A stretch of 64,000 nucleotides of DNA from Podarcis bocagei (Eukaryota). How positions within the stretch are numbered: the first letter of the stretch is position 1; the number at the start of each line of letters is the position of its first letter. The position numbers and the translations under genes were made by a program. The DNA lies in assembly GCA_964188305.1 (NCBI GenBank), contig OZ076895.1; one strand, given 5' to 3'. The notes beneath the pieces are model-generated. The model did no database searches. It saw only the letters and a list, made by a program, of their open reading frames with translations, and had not been told where the DNA came from. Shown here one piece after another: positions 11,101 through 24,251 of the stretch.

Positions 11101-14100
11101 TAATGTACCTGCCCATTTGATCTGGTCTAAATCCATAAAGCAGGCCAACTTTCTAAATCAATTTTGCCTGTTTTAATTAACTTTGTCTGGGGATAGAGGC
11201 ACTTAGGTACACAATGTGTCTGCTTTCCAGGAAAAAGAATAGTGATCTACTTGTGTGGCACTCGGGGCTAGTCTGATTAGCATGGATTCCATTTTATTCC
11301 GGTGAATCTGATGTCCCAATATATTTCCAAAATGGTCCATTAATTTCATGTGCTCTGGGTTTGGGAGGAAGAAGACAAAATCGTAGGCATAGATAGTACT
11401 ATGCATTTTCTAATAACCCCAAATATTAAATGATTTTTTAAATTATCATGCTAAAATGTAGGCTCTTCTCCCTCCTGCCCTGCTATTTCTCACTCTGGGC
11501 CATTTGTACAGTTACCAGGAAGCAGAGGGAGGGGGGGCACCAATTCCATTAACACATCTACAAGAGCAGTTGGCACTTGCTCTATCCCAGTTTGCACTAA
11601 CATATTGATACTTTCTTTAAGGAGGGGGATTGGCAGGGCGGCCAAGGAAAGAAAATTAACTGCAGAAAGAAAAGTTCCAAACGAAGCATGCCAAGAGGCT
11701 TAAGGAGAAGAAACAGCAAGACAGAGCTCTCTCCCCCTCCACCAAACAGTTAAAAATGTTGGCAAGGCTTGGCACTCGGAAACATAAGGAGCATCCAGAG
11801 GTCCCGAACATTTTAAACATTCAGTGTGACCATCTGTCACTGACAAAGTCGCCGAACAGAACGAGCAATTATCGAAGCCCTTTTCAGACGTAAGCCATCA
11901 ACCACAGCCTGTCTGGCTGCCAAGAGGCATCAGGCCAAAGAATATAAAAGCAGATCTGTCTTCTGGGAGTAGGGATCAGTCCACCTGAGCAGGTGAGCGG
12001 GGAGAATTTACCAGGCGACTGTCATCCCAAACAGTCTTCGGTCCCAGGAGGTGTCTGTCATTTTGTCATGAGGGTGGCAAAAGGATGTAGGTTCTTTGAC
12101 TTATATATTTTAAAAACTACAAAAAGGAGGGGTGGGCAGGGAGAGAATCTACTGACAGAAGATGTCGGTCAGCGTTCCTGCTGTGCAGGATAGAGAAACA
12201 TAAGGCCAAGTTTAAACCAACAAACCATCTCAAGTAAGCAGAAACATGGATTTATACTTACTTTGCTACTAATTGCTAGGTAAAGGCCCATCAAATTTGG
12301 CAGCTGCAGTCTAAAGGTTCCAGTTCTTCCTTCATCCCCTCTCCCTATGACACTGAGCAGGTTTGCTTTTCCAAACCAGGCTCTGTTCCCTGTTCCACCA
12401 AACTGACGCAGCCTCCAGGCCTTGAGTAAATAATTCCCTCCGCCAGCCCAGAAACTTAGGGTGGTGCAAAAGAAGGATGAGAGTCAGTAGAGACACATAA
12501 ACTGTTCTTTCATGATAAGTGGCAGCACTGACATCCACCATAGTCAATGCTAATCAGGGTTTCCATTAAACTGTGGTTAACTTAACTGGTGCATGAGTTG
12601 ATTTTTTCCCCCTCTACCCTCCCAATCCCCTTTTCCTTTGATGCTGCATCTTTTAGACTGTAAGCCTGAGGGCAGGGACCAGTGTGTTTTTATTGATAGG
12701 TAAGCTACTGTGGAAGTCTTTTGGGGTTAAATGTTTAAAAGAAATGGGAGGCAGCATTCCCAGTTTGTTAGTATCATTCGGCTTTCTATAGTAACCAAAT
12801 GCCTGCCTGTTGGAGGGACTTCAGCAATTTAGTGGCCCCATCTATCAACTCTGAAGGTTTCCTGGATTTCCGGCAACCTATTCTGAGCTCGTGAAGAAAA
12901 ATGTATTACTGAAAGAAAGGGTCTTCCCCTCAGTGTGCCTGATCACAGCCTGACCCAGAGAGGGAGATGCTGGAACAGTGACATTAAAAGCTCCTTTGAA
13001 GGTGCCTTGGAAAACAAGGTTCTTTTCGTTAAAGCCCTTGCTCACAGTTGTCGTTCTGCATCATGAGGATTCCATACAGAGCCTTCATTGCTCAAATGAA
13101 AAGGTATCAGAAGAGTATTAGCATTAACTGCAGCAAATAAGAGCTCACTGCTGCAGGACGTTGCCTTGCAGCCCATGCATGTCACTGAGGAAGTACTGCA
13201 TATCATGAGTGAGCCCATCGAACATTTCTTTCGGACATAATGGTGGGGTGCATTTAGCCAGGACTGCAGAGTCATGCAGCAGCCACGCTACAGTAGGAGA
13301 AGGAGCTGCCACACTCTGCAGAAATATTCACTACTTGTCACCGGCAGGATCCTTAGAGCAAGGTTCGATTTCACAGAAAACCAACAGCTCTTGAATTGGC
13401 CGGCTAATTTGTTTATTCACTCTGCAAAACTCAAGCTCGTGTTTAGACTGCTAAAGAGTTAAAGACATCTTCTCCAAACAGTCGCTCAGGAGGTGTCAGC
13501 AGTCTTGGAAGTCACTAGGTCCAAGGAGATGAGGGACAATTATAATAGGGGAGGGAGAAAGGGGGGGGGAGGGAGAGAGGAGCCAGCATGGGGTATAAGA
13601 ACAGCTTTGATGAATGACCAAGCCCAGCATTAATGAGAGCTTATAATTTTATATTTCTTGAAAATGTCAGTAGTTAGAAATGCATGGATCACCTCCTTAC
13701 CCAGCTGGAACGCAGGAAACGTTACATTGCATTGCATTTCTATCCTTCTTTTCAGAAGCTCAGGCATACACAGTTCTCCATCCCACCCTATTTTATTCTC
13801 GTAATAACACATGGAAGAGAGACTAGCTGGCCCAAGGTCACCCAGCAAGCAATATGGTAAATAGAACCCAGGGCTCTGCTCTACAGTCCTATCCCAATAC
13901 TTTAACCATTCACTCCGCAAACGGATGCTAGAAACTACATCTCATAGATATATTTTCCTTGATCTTGATAGTGCAAACCCACACGACACTATTCTGTTTC
14001 AGCTCAACATTTCCTGCCAATGAGGCATCTACTCTATGGAACATGCTTTCCTCAAAGGAGGCACACAAGGCAGTTGTGCATTTGCAGATTATGAAACTCT

Positions 14101-15569
14101 GTCTGGGATGTAGGCACACAAGCAACATCTCACTGAAGCCTCTTGCTTTATCTGTACGGTACAGCAATGGTGAACCTGGGGTTTGAGTTACTAAACACAT
14201 CCCTTTTCCACAGTATCTGGCAATTAGTTGGAAATTATGGGCAAGTCTCTGTCCATTCACACTAATTGATCTATTATACCAGGCCAAGTGTGGGGCTGAG
14301 CTTAAACATGGCCTGTAAATTTCAACTAGTGCAAAATGTGGCTGCAAGAGTACTTACGTGTGTGGCAGTAGCATGGCGTAACATGAAGGGGCCACAGGGG
14401 CAGTTGCCCCAGGCCAAACTTCTTAGGGGCACAAAATTTCAAAAGGTAAAAAAAGCAGTAATAATAAATAAATAAATTAGTTGCCCTTCCCCACCCCCTT
14501 GGATGCATGCAACAACACATTTAGGGGGGTGTTGGTGGTTCTGCCACACTTGGCGCTGAGCCAAGGAGACGCAACATTGAGAAAATCCATAACTGCGAAA
14601 ATCCATTTGGGGGTGCAGAATTTCGGCCTCACAAAGGGTGCCATATTATGAAAGATGACCAAAGTCTGCCCCAATGCACGAGTTTCATAAAACAAGCTTC
14701 AGAAGACTGGTTGCGCCCGCACGCACACACACACACACACACCAGCGTCCATCTAATTGTGAGTAATTTTCCCTCTCTGATTAGCTCAATACAAAAAATG
14801 AACTGTTAACCACTTCATGGCTTGTCTATAGCACCCACTTCTTCCCACACCCACTCAACAGCTTCTGATCCTCCATGCCCTTATTTTCTGGGGAAAGCCC
14901 TAGTGAAACACTGATAACCATTTTGCTCACTTTCCCAGTATCAATCTCAATCATGGCTTCTCCCAGCAGACCGGCACATGTCGCTAATGAGCCTCTCTAT
15001 TATTAAAATTAATTAGGGAGGCATTTGCTTTGGCCACAGGGGGCTAGCAAAGCAACAAAAATGTGATGACTTGGGAAATGAAAGTTAAAAGCTCGTATTA
15101 AGTGCAAGGGAGATTAAAGAGCAGCTCCACTTTGTGGGCTGGGGAGAAATCAGGAAGACTTTTCCGACAACACTAATGCTAGTCCCAACTAAAAAGCCAA
15201 AGCATAAAAAAATTCTTTCAGATCCCTGCACCTGTCTTGGACAGAAGTGCCCAAGGTCTGAATTAAGAGTGTGACAGATATACTCCAGCCTCTTAATCTG
15301 CCTGCCAGAGGGGGGTAGCTCTGAGGTCACTACAGGGGGGCAAAGGTGGGATTAGCTTGAAGCCCAGGAGCTGGAATGGAAAGAGACAGGCCACTTGGAT
15401 GGACAACTTGGTGCTGACTCCAGGCAACATCTCTGGACCCTTAGCTAGGTACTTCCTTGTCACCTCTCTTCCTGTTTTGCACTGAATCTCCCTTTCTGCA
15501 TCATTTATTCTATTATCACAATGTGATAATACTACTTCTTGGTTCTCCCTTTTGCTTTGAATCTATTTT

Positions 15570-15797
15570 TTTAAATTACATTTATATACCACCTTTATCT
15601 TCCAAGGATCTCAAGGTGGTATTCATGGTTCTCCTCCTCCCCATTTCATCCTCACAACAACTCTGTGAGGCAGGTTAGGCTGAGAGGCGGTGACTGGCCC
15701 AAGGTCACCCAGTGAGCTTCCTGGATGAGTGAGGATTCGAACCCTAGTCTCCCCAGGTCACAGTCCAACACCCTAACCATTACGCCACACTAGCTCA
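15570..15797 (-). mobile_element. CORE/MIR-like squamate SINE
   Basis: Contains cctcacaacaactctgtgag..gtgactggcccaaggtcacccag..ggattcgaacc..ctaaccattacgccacactagc, the reverse of a tRNA head + CORE + L2-like tail. Confidence 0.75.
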
Positions 15798-17295
15798 CAT
15801 AGCCTCCGAACAGCTTTTTATTGTTTTTAACCTGAGCTCATTCTCACCATATTATATTTTACATCTCCCCACAAAGAAATGTTGCATACCAATTGTGGTG
15901 GTCATATTCTTTAAATCTCAGATAAATAGACAGCATTGATAATAAACAAAAGACTCAGTCAGAGTGAGCAACTATATTTATTCATCGAATCTTGCACTGT
16001 AAATAGTTGTACCTGATAAGAACAACAACAGAAGAGTTATGTTAAAACTTTTTTTTTCAATGCTAGAAAATTAAGCTTCTATTTTTAAAGTTTTATCAGC
16101 AGTTATTCTAATGGCTTTTAAAATTCAATAATGCCCTCTGACCCAGATCAAATTACTAAAGATAATTTCTTTAACTTTAATTTCAAAATTAGGTTATTTT
16201 CTGTGTGTGCGTGTGAGAAAGGGAGAGAGCATCGGTGGGGAAGGAAAGGTAAGAGCTATTTCATATCCATGCCAGTGATATTCTTTTGGTGTAAAATCTA
16301 TTCTGGAAATGTGGTTATTTAAAATGTAATGCACTGAATGCAAAAAGTGACCTCCTGAACAGTTTCAGAACAGTATGTATTTACAGCTACTGTGCAAAAA
16401 CCACACACACAGCACCTCCTAAGTGCCAGAGTGTGCAAGGAAGGAAAGCCTCCTTTGGAAACTGAAGAATTAGCTCTAGATGTGCGTGGAAATTTCATTT
16501 AGGATAAGAATCAGCGACAGGGAGCAGCCAAAAGGGCCTTTTTGAAACTGAAATACAAGCCATTAAGTTGAGCCAAGCTAAGAGCAAATGACTGCAGAGG
16601 CAACTGCTGGCTGCAGATAATTAGTTTAGAACCTATTTGAACATGAATATTTTATCATGCAGCACAAAACTCGTTATGGAGAAGAATTAGAGAGCCAGGC
16701 CGTCTGGAAGCACTGGAGAGGTGATCCGTCAGGTCCCAATAACAAACATTCCAGGAAAAAGGCAAGTTTAGTGATTCAGCAGTAACAGCTTTCATTAAAG
16801 CTGCAACAATCCATTAAGGGACCTATCTGTTCACAAGTACAGGTAGGCTGCTGTGTTTAAATGATTTAACTATGGGCAGCTGCAAGGGGGTGGGGGGGAA
16901 ACAGCACCAGCAGACAAACATATTGGCATTGGTCTGCATTCTCCTCTTATGAGCTCCAACTTTTGTTTGTATGCACGTTTTTTCCCCCAAAGGAGCAATT
17001 TAGATTGTCCATTACGATGCCTTCGTTAAATAAAACAACTTTGTCATTCTTTGAAGTCTATCTAGTGCTCATTAAAATGCTTGCCTTATAGACACAAATG
17101 GAAAACACTAACTGGCCTAGAGGCATTGTGGGAAATGAACCAGCAGAAAACTGGATAGCAGAATTCAGTAAGGCTGAAGATGCTTGTAGACTCTGTAGCA
17201 GTCAAACTCTCTGACCTCAGATTGGATCACCTTTACTTAATTTCCCCAAGAGATTGCCCTGTCTAACCCAGATTATGCACAACTCCTCAAAGTTT

Positions 17296-17497
17296 CAGTT
17301 ACAGATAGGTAGCCGTGTTGGTCTGCCATAGTCAAAATAAAAAAATTCCTTCCAGTAGCACCTTAAAGACCAACTAAGTTAGTTCTTGGTATGAGCTTTC
17401 GTGTGCATGCACACTTCTTCAGTTCACACGAAAGCTCATACCAAGAACTAACTTAGTTGGTCTTTAAGGTGCTACTGGAAGGAATTTTTTTTATTTT
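17296..17497 (-). mobile_element. Short PLE terminal fragment with inverted duplication (hairpin insertion)
   Basis: Near-identical to 6280-6367. Arms 17334-17405 and 17425-17497 are inverted. 12-bp TSD tcctcaaagttt (17284-17295 and 17498-17509). Confidence 0.92.
17389..17422 (-). ncRNA. Truncated hammerhead ribozyme core (5' strand of stem I lost)
   Basis: CUGAAGA-A-GUGUG(CAUG)CACAC-GAAA-GC-UC-AUAC. The upstream GUAU is replaced by the inversion junction. Confidence 0.7.
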
Positions 17498-18242
17498 TCC
17501 TCAAAGTTTATTCACCTTGCTATTTAACATAGTTCTATGTTGGAAATTCTAGAACCCACCATAGTTTGTCTACTGCCTACTTCCCTCCGATTGGTATTGC
17601 ATTTTTAAAAACTTGCTGATTCCATGATGTTGATTAGCCGCCTGGAATGCTATTTTGGTAGGAAAAAGACAATAAATAAAAAGCTACATGCCAAAATAGC
17701 AAATAAATAAAATACGTCAGAATAAGGTGAGGCAAAAAGTCATGGAATTAAATAGACCAGAAATATAACTGACAATGAATGACAGCGGAAGCAGACAAAA
17801 TGTAGCACATATTAGCCTTAACCTCAAACTCCAGGCCTTGGCTGCACTCTTCCCCAATCCAAGCTGCCTTGACATCAATAATCTAATATGGATCCTGCTG
17901 TGCTATGAGAAATCTCTCATTGTAAAGCAAGTGCCTTTTGGATAATGAGACCCCAAATCGCCTTGTTACTTCTATTCTCAAGAGGATTGTCTCTTCTGCT
18001 TAACTTAGCAGCCAGAAACATATTTCAGCCTGTTCAGCTTTTGTTATTAAGATTCATAGAATGAGTGTGCTTTCAGAAGAGCCTGCTTTTTATAGCACCT
18101 ATATTTAAGCCAGAATCATGGTATAAAACCCTAGTCCAAGAGTAAGAGAAGAAGACACAAGTAAAATGATGTGTGTAATTAGCCGGGATGCAATTGATAA
18201 TTATCCACCACTCAAGGCAATGAGGAGCCTATCTCTTGTGGG

Positions 18243-18245
18243 TCT

Positions 18246-18277
<32 letters not shown>

Positions 18278-18308
18278 TTCTTCTTCTTCTTCTTCTTCTT
18301 CTTCTTCT
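18243..18308. repeat. (CTT)n microsatellite
   Basis: Direct reading, one interruption. Confidence 0.95.
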
Positions 18309-19649
18309 AGCCTCCTGGGTGATAAGAATGTGCCTGGAACAGAATTTGGCCCCAGAGGCAGCTCTAAGGAGCTTTGTTAGTACATTTTCCACTGACCAAT
18401 TAAGCTTGGTAGCAGAAACAGACATTTACTGCTGTCCAGACACTGTCAAGGAATTCAAAGCTGCTAAACTGCTAGAACACCAAGTATGAACAACCCCTGC
18501 TGGATCAAGCTAAAGGCTTCTCTAGACCAGCATCTAGTTCTCAAAGTGGCCAACCAGCTGCCTGTAGGACACCCACTGTCAGGGCCTGTAATCGGATGAA
18601 GGAAGAACACCCTCCTGCATCTGCCCATCAATACAGAGCTTCAACACATCCTTTCACATCAGCAGAATTGCATCAAAGTTACAGGGTCCCAAAGGTAACT
18701 TCCTGCTGTAGCCTCTCTGAAGGCAATCTAGAAGCAATTAAGAGTTAAAAGCAGAACCACTGAAAGAAGAAACACATGAAAATCCATCAAATATCAGGGG
18801 TATATCAATGTGTAGCAGAACTGCTTTGTTTGCATTAAGGTGAATTATTTAAAGTATACCATTTGGGGGGAAGTGGGTTGAAGTATTCTTAACTAAAAAT
18901 AAAACATAGTCTTCTGTGTTATTTCCAATTGCTTCAGTTTGCAAAAGAAACGGTAGTGCAAATTCAGATCTAGGGAATAATGCATTATCAAGCAGATCCA
19001 GGGATCACTGTCACTCCTAACCAACTTAGCAAGAGGGTTAAAATGAAAGGCAAGCCCTTTTTGCAGTTAAGTTGACCACCACAGTCTCTTTAATAAGATC
19101 AGCCAATGGTGAAATAAGAGCTGTCACATTCTTACCTAACCTTCCTTATAAGAGCTGTAGCTTTAAGAATTGGCACCTGAGCTTTTTTGGCGAGTCACCT
19201 GTCTCCCCATCCCTTTTTCATTACCATGTCATGTTTTTTAGAGATAAGAAGCCTGAGGTTTAGTGCTGTCTTACTACAGATCTTGCAAACAGCTCCTTTT
19301 TGGCTAAAAAGCAGATTTAAGATGGTGTAAATATGTAACAATTAACAGTGAGAAACTAATTGTGATACTAGCAAAAGCAGCATGGTGTGATTTTTTACCC
19401 TCTGTTTTACACATGTAAACAAAGAAGCGTGCTGAATAAAGATTTTCCCACCTCTCTTTTTAGAAAAAGGATTACCCCAACATATGTTCTTTTTGTTTAA
19501 TACTCTACATCCCTCTTTTAATGGTTTGCATGAAGATGGCTTCTGCTGGCTATTGAGAAATCTACAGAATACTGTGTGCATATTACGTATTTCCTCACTA
19601 CCTAGAATTAAACCCTAGATTACACTTTACAACACTGTAGATCCTCAGA

Positions 19650-20382
19650 GGAGCATTACACAAAAAAGCAAGACGGTCAGGAGCCATGCTGTGTCTCTTG
19701 AGCCGCAAAACTAATTTCATGCCCTCACCTCGGGCACAGATTCTTGGCCAGAGGAGGAAGAACAGCAGTAGTAAACCCCAGAACACACTGAGGTGTCGGT
19801 GTCATGGGATACTTCAACTACCCTGATATCTGTTGGTATGCAAACTCTGCCAAGAATGTAAGCTCCAACAAATTCCTCAGTTGCCTCAATGACAATTTCA
19901 TTTCCCAGAAGGTGAAAGAAGCAAACAAAGGGGCCATCTCTCTTGCACCTGGTCCTCATCAACAGGGAGGAACTGATCAACCAAGCGGAAGTACTGGGAA
20001 CCTTGGGAGGAAGTGATCGTGTCTTCTTGGGTATCCTTACACAGAGGCAAGGAGACTGAGATGACATATGATAGTCATTTCCAAATATCTAAAGGGCTGT
20101 CACACAGAAGATGGGGCAAGCTTGCTTTCTCTTGCTCCAGGGGCTAGGACCCAAACCAATGCATTCAAGTGCCAAGAAAGGAGATTCCGACTAAACATCA
20201 GGAAGAATTTTTTGACAGTAAGAGCTGTTCAAGAGTGGAATGGACTCCCTCGGGAGGTGGTGAACTCTCCTTCCTTGGGGGTTTTAAAGCAGAGGTTGGA
20301 TGGCCATCTGTCAGGGATGCTTTAGTTGAGATTCCTGCATAGCAAGGAATCCCTTCCAACTCTACAATTCTATGACTCTATG
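19650..20382 (+). mobile_element. Degenerate CR1 LINE with large internal deletion
   Basis: APE-domain peptide MGYFNYPDICW..NKFLSCLNDNFISQKV..(LGRSD) runs directly into the ORF2 C-terminus MIVISKYLKG..RFRLNIRKNFLTVRAV.EWNGLPREVV.SPSL.V.KQRLD.HL and the ttctatg tail. Confidence 0.85.
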
Positions 20383-20522
20383 TCAAATCTTTGGTAGCTG
20401 CAAACTAATAATGATAATGCTATACAATTCAAACATTGTAAAAAGAGGTTTTACTTTTCGGTCACAGCAATGCTTAATCTGACTTTTTAGCAAAGAGAGC
20501 TGGCATGATGATACTGTTATCT

Positions 20523-20774
20523 CCAGTATGGTGTTGTGGTTAAGAGCGGTAGTCACGTAATCTGGGGAACTGGGTTCGCTTCCCTGCTCCTCCACATGCA
20601 GCTGCTGGGTGACCTTGGGCTAGTCACACTTCTCTGAAGTCTCTCAGCCCCACTCACCTCACAGAGTGTTTGTTGTGGGGGAGGAAGGGAAAGGAGAATG
20701 TTAGCCGCTTTGAGACTCCTTAAAAGGGAGTGAAAAGCGGGATATCAAATCCAAACTCTTCTTCTTCTTCTTCT
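20523..20774 (+). mobile_element. Squamate CORE-type SINE (Squam3-like)
   Basis: tRNA-like head (gtggttaagagc..gggttcg), CORE gggtgaccttgggctagtcac, L2-like end, (ctt)n tail. Confidence 0.8.
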
Positions 20775-20819
20775 AAGTGAGATTGGGGCCCATGCAAGTA
20801 TTATGCAACTGCACATTCA

Positions 20820-21215
20820 GGAGGGCTACAGCTCTGTAGCAGAGCAGGTAGCAGATCCTGGGCTTAAAATCCCACAAAGAATAGCAGTAGGTGTGATGAA
20901 ACATGTCTGATGTATGAAAAAGGTCCCAAGTTCAAATCCCCACCCCAACATCGCTAGGTAGGGCAGTGAAAGACCCCTGTCTGAAACTCAAAAAAGCTGT
21001 TGCTGGAGAGGCAGCACTGATCAAGATGGACCAGTGATCTGACTTGGTATACAAGGCAGCTTTCTCATCCGTGACATCTCCAGTGCAAGGGATAAGACAG
21101 ATGCTAATGCGGAGAGATCTCTGCCTGTCCCCCTCAAAAACCACTGACAGAGTAGGTGATGCTAAGCAATCTATAGCCCAAAGGCCTGAATCACTATAAG
21201 GAAGCTTCATATGTT
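20820..21215 (+). mobile_element. Degenerate tRNA-derived SINE fragments in tandem
   Basis: B-box-like aggtcccaagttcaaatccc and a repeated 3' motif (tata..aggcagctt / tataaggaagcttcatatgttc). Related copies lie at ~1955-2120 (-), 21580-21750 (+) and 53385-53550 (-). Confidence 0.55.
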
Positions 21216-23475
21216 CATAGCTATGCAAATTCCGCAAACACAACTAGTATTATGAATAAGATTAAATGGAAACAACTTTATAAAAAAAGAAATGTTGGGA
21301 AAATATTGCCAGAAAAGCCACATGGGACTAATAACACTCTGATGAGGGGAAAATAAAACATACAGGGTCATACATACCCAGAGAGGACCCACTGAAATCA
21401 ATTGACCTAAGTAATTTAAGTCTATTTATTTCAGTGGGTCTATTTGGTGAATGACTTATTTGAATACCATCCACAGTTTGTTGCAATGAAATTCCTACTG
21501 AACCGAGGAAATTGTGCTTAAAACCATTAGCCTTTTGTTACTCTGAAAGATGCTTGAATTGAGGTAACTCAGCTCAAACACTGTAGCTGAGTGGCAGAGA
21601 ATTTGCTGTGGACACAGAAGCCCGAGGTTTAACCCCCAATACTCCCAGGTGGGGCTAGGAGAGGCCCAGGCCTGAACCCTGGAGAGCCACTGCCAGTCAG
21701 TGCAGGTAGTACTGCGTTAGGGACAGTTTAAGGCAGCTTCCTGTGTTCCTAACTCAAAACCAAACAAATTTCCAGCTTTGCCAAGAAACAAACGGCCACA
21801 GGATGCCAGGAAATGCAATAGCTTGTGCATCAAATGCCATGCTTGTTAAATACTTCCTCTCTGTGTGCAGTAATTATTGCAATAAAGGCAAATCACATAA
21901 AAATGTCACAGGCTTAACACTGCCACCTTATTTTCCTTACAGGGTTTATTTTGCCTTCTCTGCTTTCCCCCTCCCTGCTGAAGGTTCTCTGACGGGAAAT
22001 CAACTTAACTAAAAATGGTATAAACGCAGAAAGGGAAGCCATATGGAGATCCATATGCTTTGGCAATGAATCCATATTGGAGACTGCCCTGGGATGTGAA
22101 AGCAATAAAAGCTGACTGTGACAAAATCCCACTCCAACAGACCCTGGTGGCTTAAGAGGTCACCCATAGTTAGGCTTTAAGAAGTTCCAACAAGTGGCAC
22201 TCATATCAGCCCCTGTGCTTGTCATCACACCCGTTGCCCTAAGCATAATGCTATACCTAACACCTGGCACAGTCCTCTTGCCAGCTCCCATTCACACCTT
22301 GAAACTCCTAATTTAGCCACTTCATCTATTCAACAACAAGTTTTATTGACTCCCTGATGAGGAACAATGGGTACATGGCTGGTACCCCCTTTTACACCAA
22401 AGCAACATGATTTCCCCTGGACAGGCCTAGTCTATATTTGCGGCAGAATGAACTGGTGGACTAGACTGTACCACTTAAAGCTGCAGTTGGGAGTGGCCAT
22501 TTTATATGCCTCCTATCCCTGCAAAGCAGAAAGCTAGCAGTCAGGGAGTGAGCTAGCCTCCATCCGTTCTCATTTGAAAGAGTTGCTTTTCTTAGTTTTT
22601 TTTTACAAGGAATTTTAGACAGGGGATCATTCAAAGAGATGATCCCATCTTGCGTCTGCACAGAAGCATCATACACTAGGGCTGTGCCATAAATCGATAT
22701 AGCATCTGATATCGGTATTGGGTTTTAGATCAAATTGTGACAACAGGGGGTTTTTTTAATGACTTTGCAATTTATCACATATCGTGTGTGTGGTATTAAA
22801 AAATCACAATATTGGAAAACCAGAAAGCCGATGCTTCTTCCTGTGTGTGCAGCCCTTGCTAACGCCATCTCAGTCAGCTCTTCAATGCCTCCTGTGGCAA
22901 CAAGAAATAGCTACAAATCACTGATTTAAATATCGCCCAGCAGATATCACCAGAGCTTTGAGAACCGGTTAACAGTCACCGTGAGTCTCAACCTCCCCTG
23001 TCTCCTGTAGCAGCAGCAAAACACTACAAATTACCCACAGCAGGCTGACTCAAATATCGCCAAGCAGAGCTTTGAGAAATGGTTTGCTCTCTGTCTCCCA
23101 GCTGGCAAGCAGGGACTTCTTCCCTCAAGGCTCTTGCCTAAAGGCGCCAGGGTGGTAGTTGGCTTAGGGGAAAGCCTGCAGGTTCAGACTTCTGGAGCCC
23201 TTTCCTCCCGTAAAAACATAAACTAGGGTTAGTTAAAAAACAACAACCCAGACACCTTCCTTTTGCATTTGACCCTCTTCTGTCATTCCTCCCTCTTCCA
23301 TCTGCATGTGTGTACTGTTTGTGGTTGTGCAAGTGTCTATGTGCATCTCCTCCCCCCCTTCCCTTGGTGGGGTGTGCCAGCAAAAAGCACTGGTTGTTGT
23401 TGCTTTTAATTAACCTGGCCAACACTTCACACTTCGTTTCCTGTAAGCTGCAGCAGGCACCTTGATTAAACTGTA

Positions 23476-23727
23476 CACTGGTACCCCTGGATGCGAACGG
23501 GATCCATTCCGGAGCCCCATTCGCATCCTGAAGCGAACGCAATCCGTGTCTGCGCATCTACAGGTTGCGATTTGCCGCATCTGCGCATGCGCGTGACGTC
23601 ATTTTGAGCGTCTGCGAATGCGCAGGCGGTGAAACCCGGAAGTAACACGTTCTGTTACTTCTGGGTCGCCGCGGAGCGCAACCCGAAAACGCTCAACCTG
23701 AAGCTACTTTAACCCGAGGTATAAATG
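23476..23727. mobile_element. Tigger-like MITE nested in the hAT element
   Basis: TA|cactggtacccc ... cccgaggtataaatg|TA, with a CpG-rich palindromic core (tgcgcatgcgc, acccggaagtaa). Confidence 0.75.
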
Positions 23728-23925
23728 TACTGCTCAGGGGGAGGTGTGATTGTGTTTCCCTGACTCCTTGCCCCCTCTGTTGGTATGCCCAGCTGATGCT
23801 TCGTTTGGAGTCATGGCACCATGGCAAGGAACTTTCCTGGAGGTGCACAGAGCTGTGCAGAGAGGCTTCTTTAGCTCCGTGTTTCTTTAGTGCAGTCTGC
23901 CCTGCGGTGCTTCACTTGCTTGCGC

Positions 23926-23928
<3 letters not shown>

Positions 23929-23973
<45 letters not shown>
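23929..23973. repeat. (CT)n microsatellite
   Basis: Direct reading. Confidence 0.95.
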
Positions 23974-23975
<2 letters not shown>

Positions 23976-24125
23976 TCGAGTTGCTTCCTTCCTTGCTCCA
24001 TGAAGGAGCCCCAATTCTCCTTCCCTGCTTCTCTCTCTCTCTCTCTCTGTGTGTGGCTTGCAAGTTGCTTTAGAATAAAAGGAGGGGAATACCTAGTGTT
24101 TGTTGTGTGTACCTTTCTTTGGGGC

Positions 24126-24251
24126 AGAAGAGTTTGGATTTGATATCCCGCTTTATCACTACCCGAAGGAGTCTCAAAGCGGCTAACATTCTCCTTTCCC
24201 TTCCTCCTCCACAACAAACACTCTGTGAGGTGAGTGGGGCTGAGAGACTTC
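24126..24251 (-). mobile_element. 3' half of a Squam3-like SINE
   Basis: Reverse complement of 20635-20762 at high identity. Confidence 0.85.

Noticed and set aside
11888-11992. Possible plus-strand exon (ttttcAG...GTGAGC)
   Set aside because: Stop codons in all three frames and antisense to the host gene.
18166-18489. ORFs with poly-Leu or poly-Arg
   Set aside because: Artefacts of the (CTT)n microsatellite. The same applies to ORFs over the (CT)n, (AAT)n and (TC/TG)n tracts.
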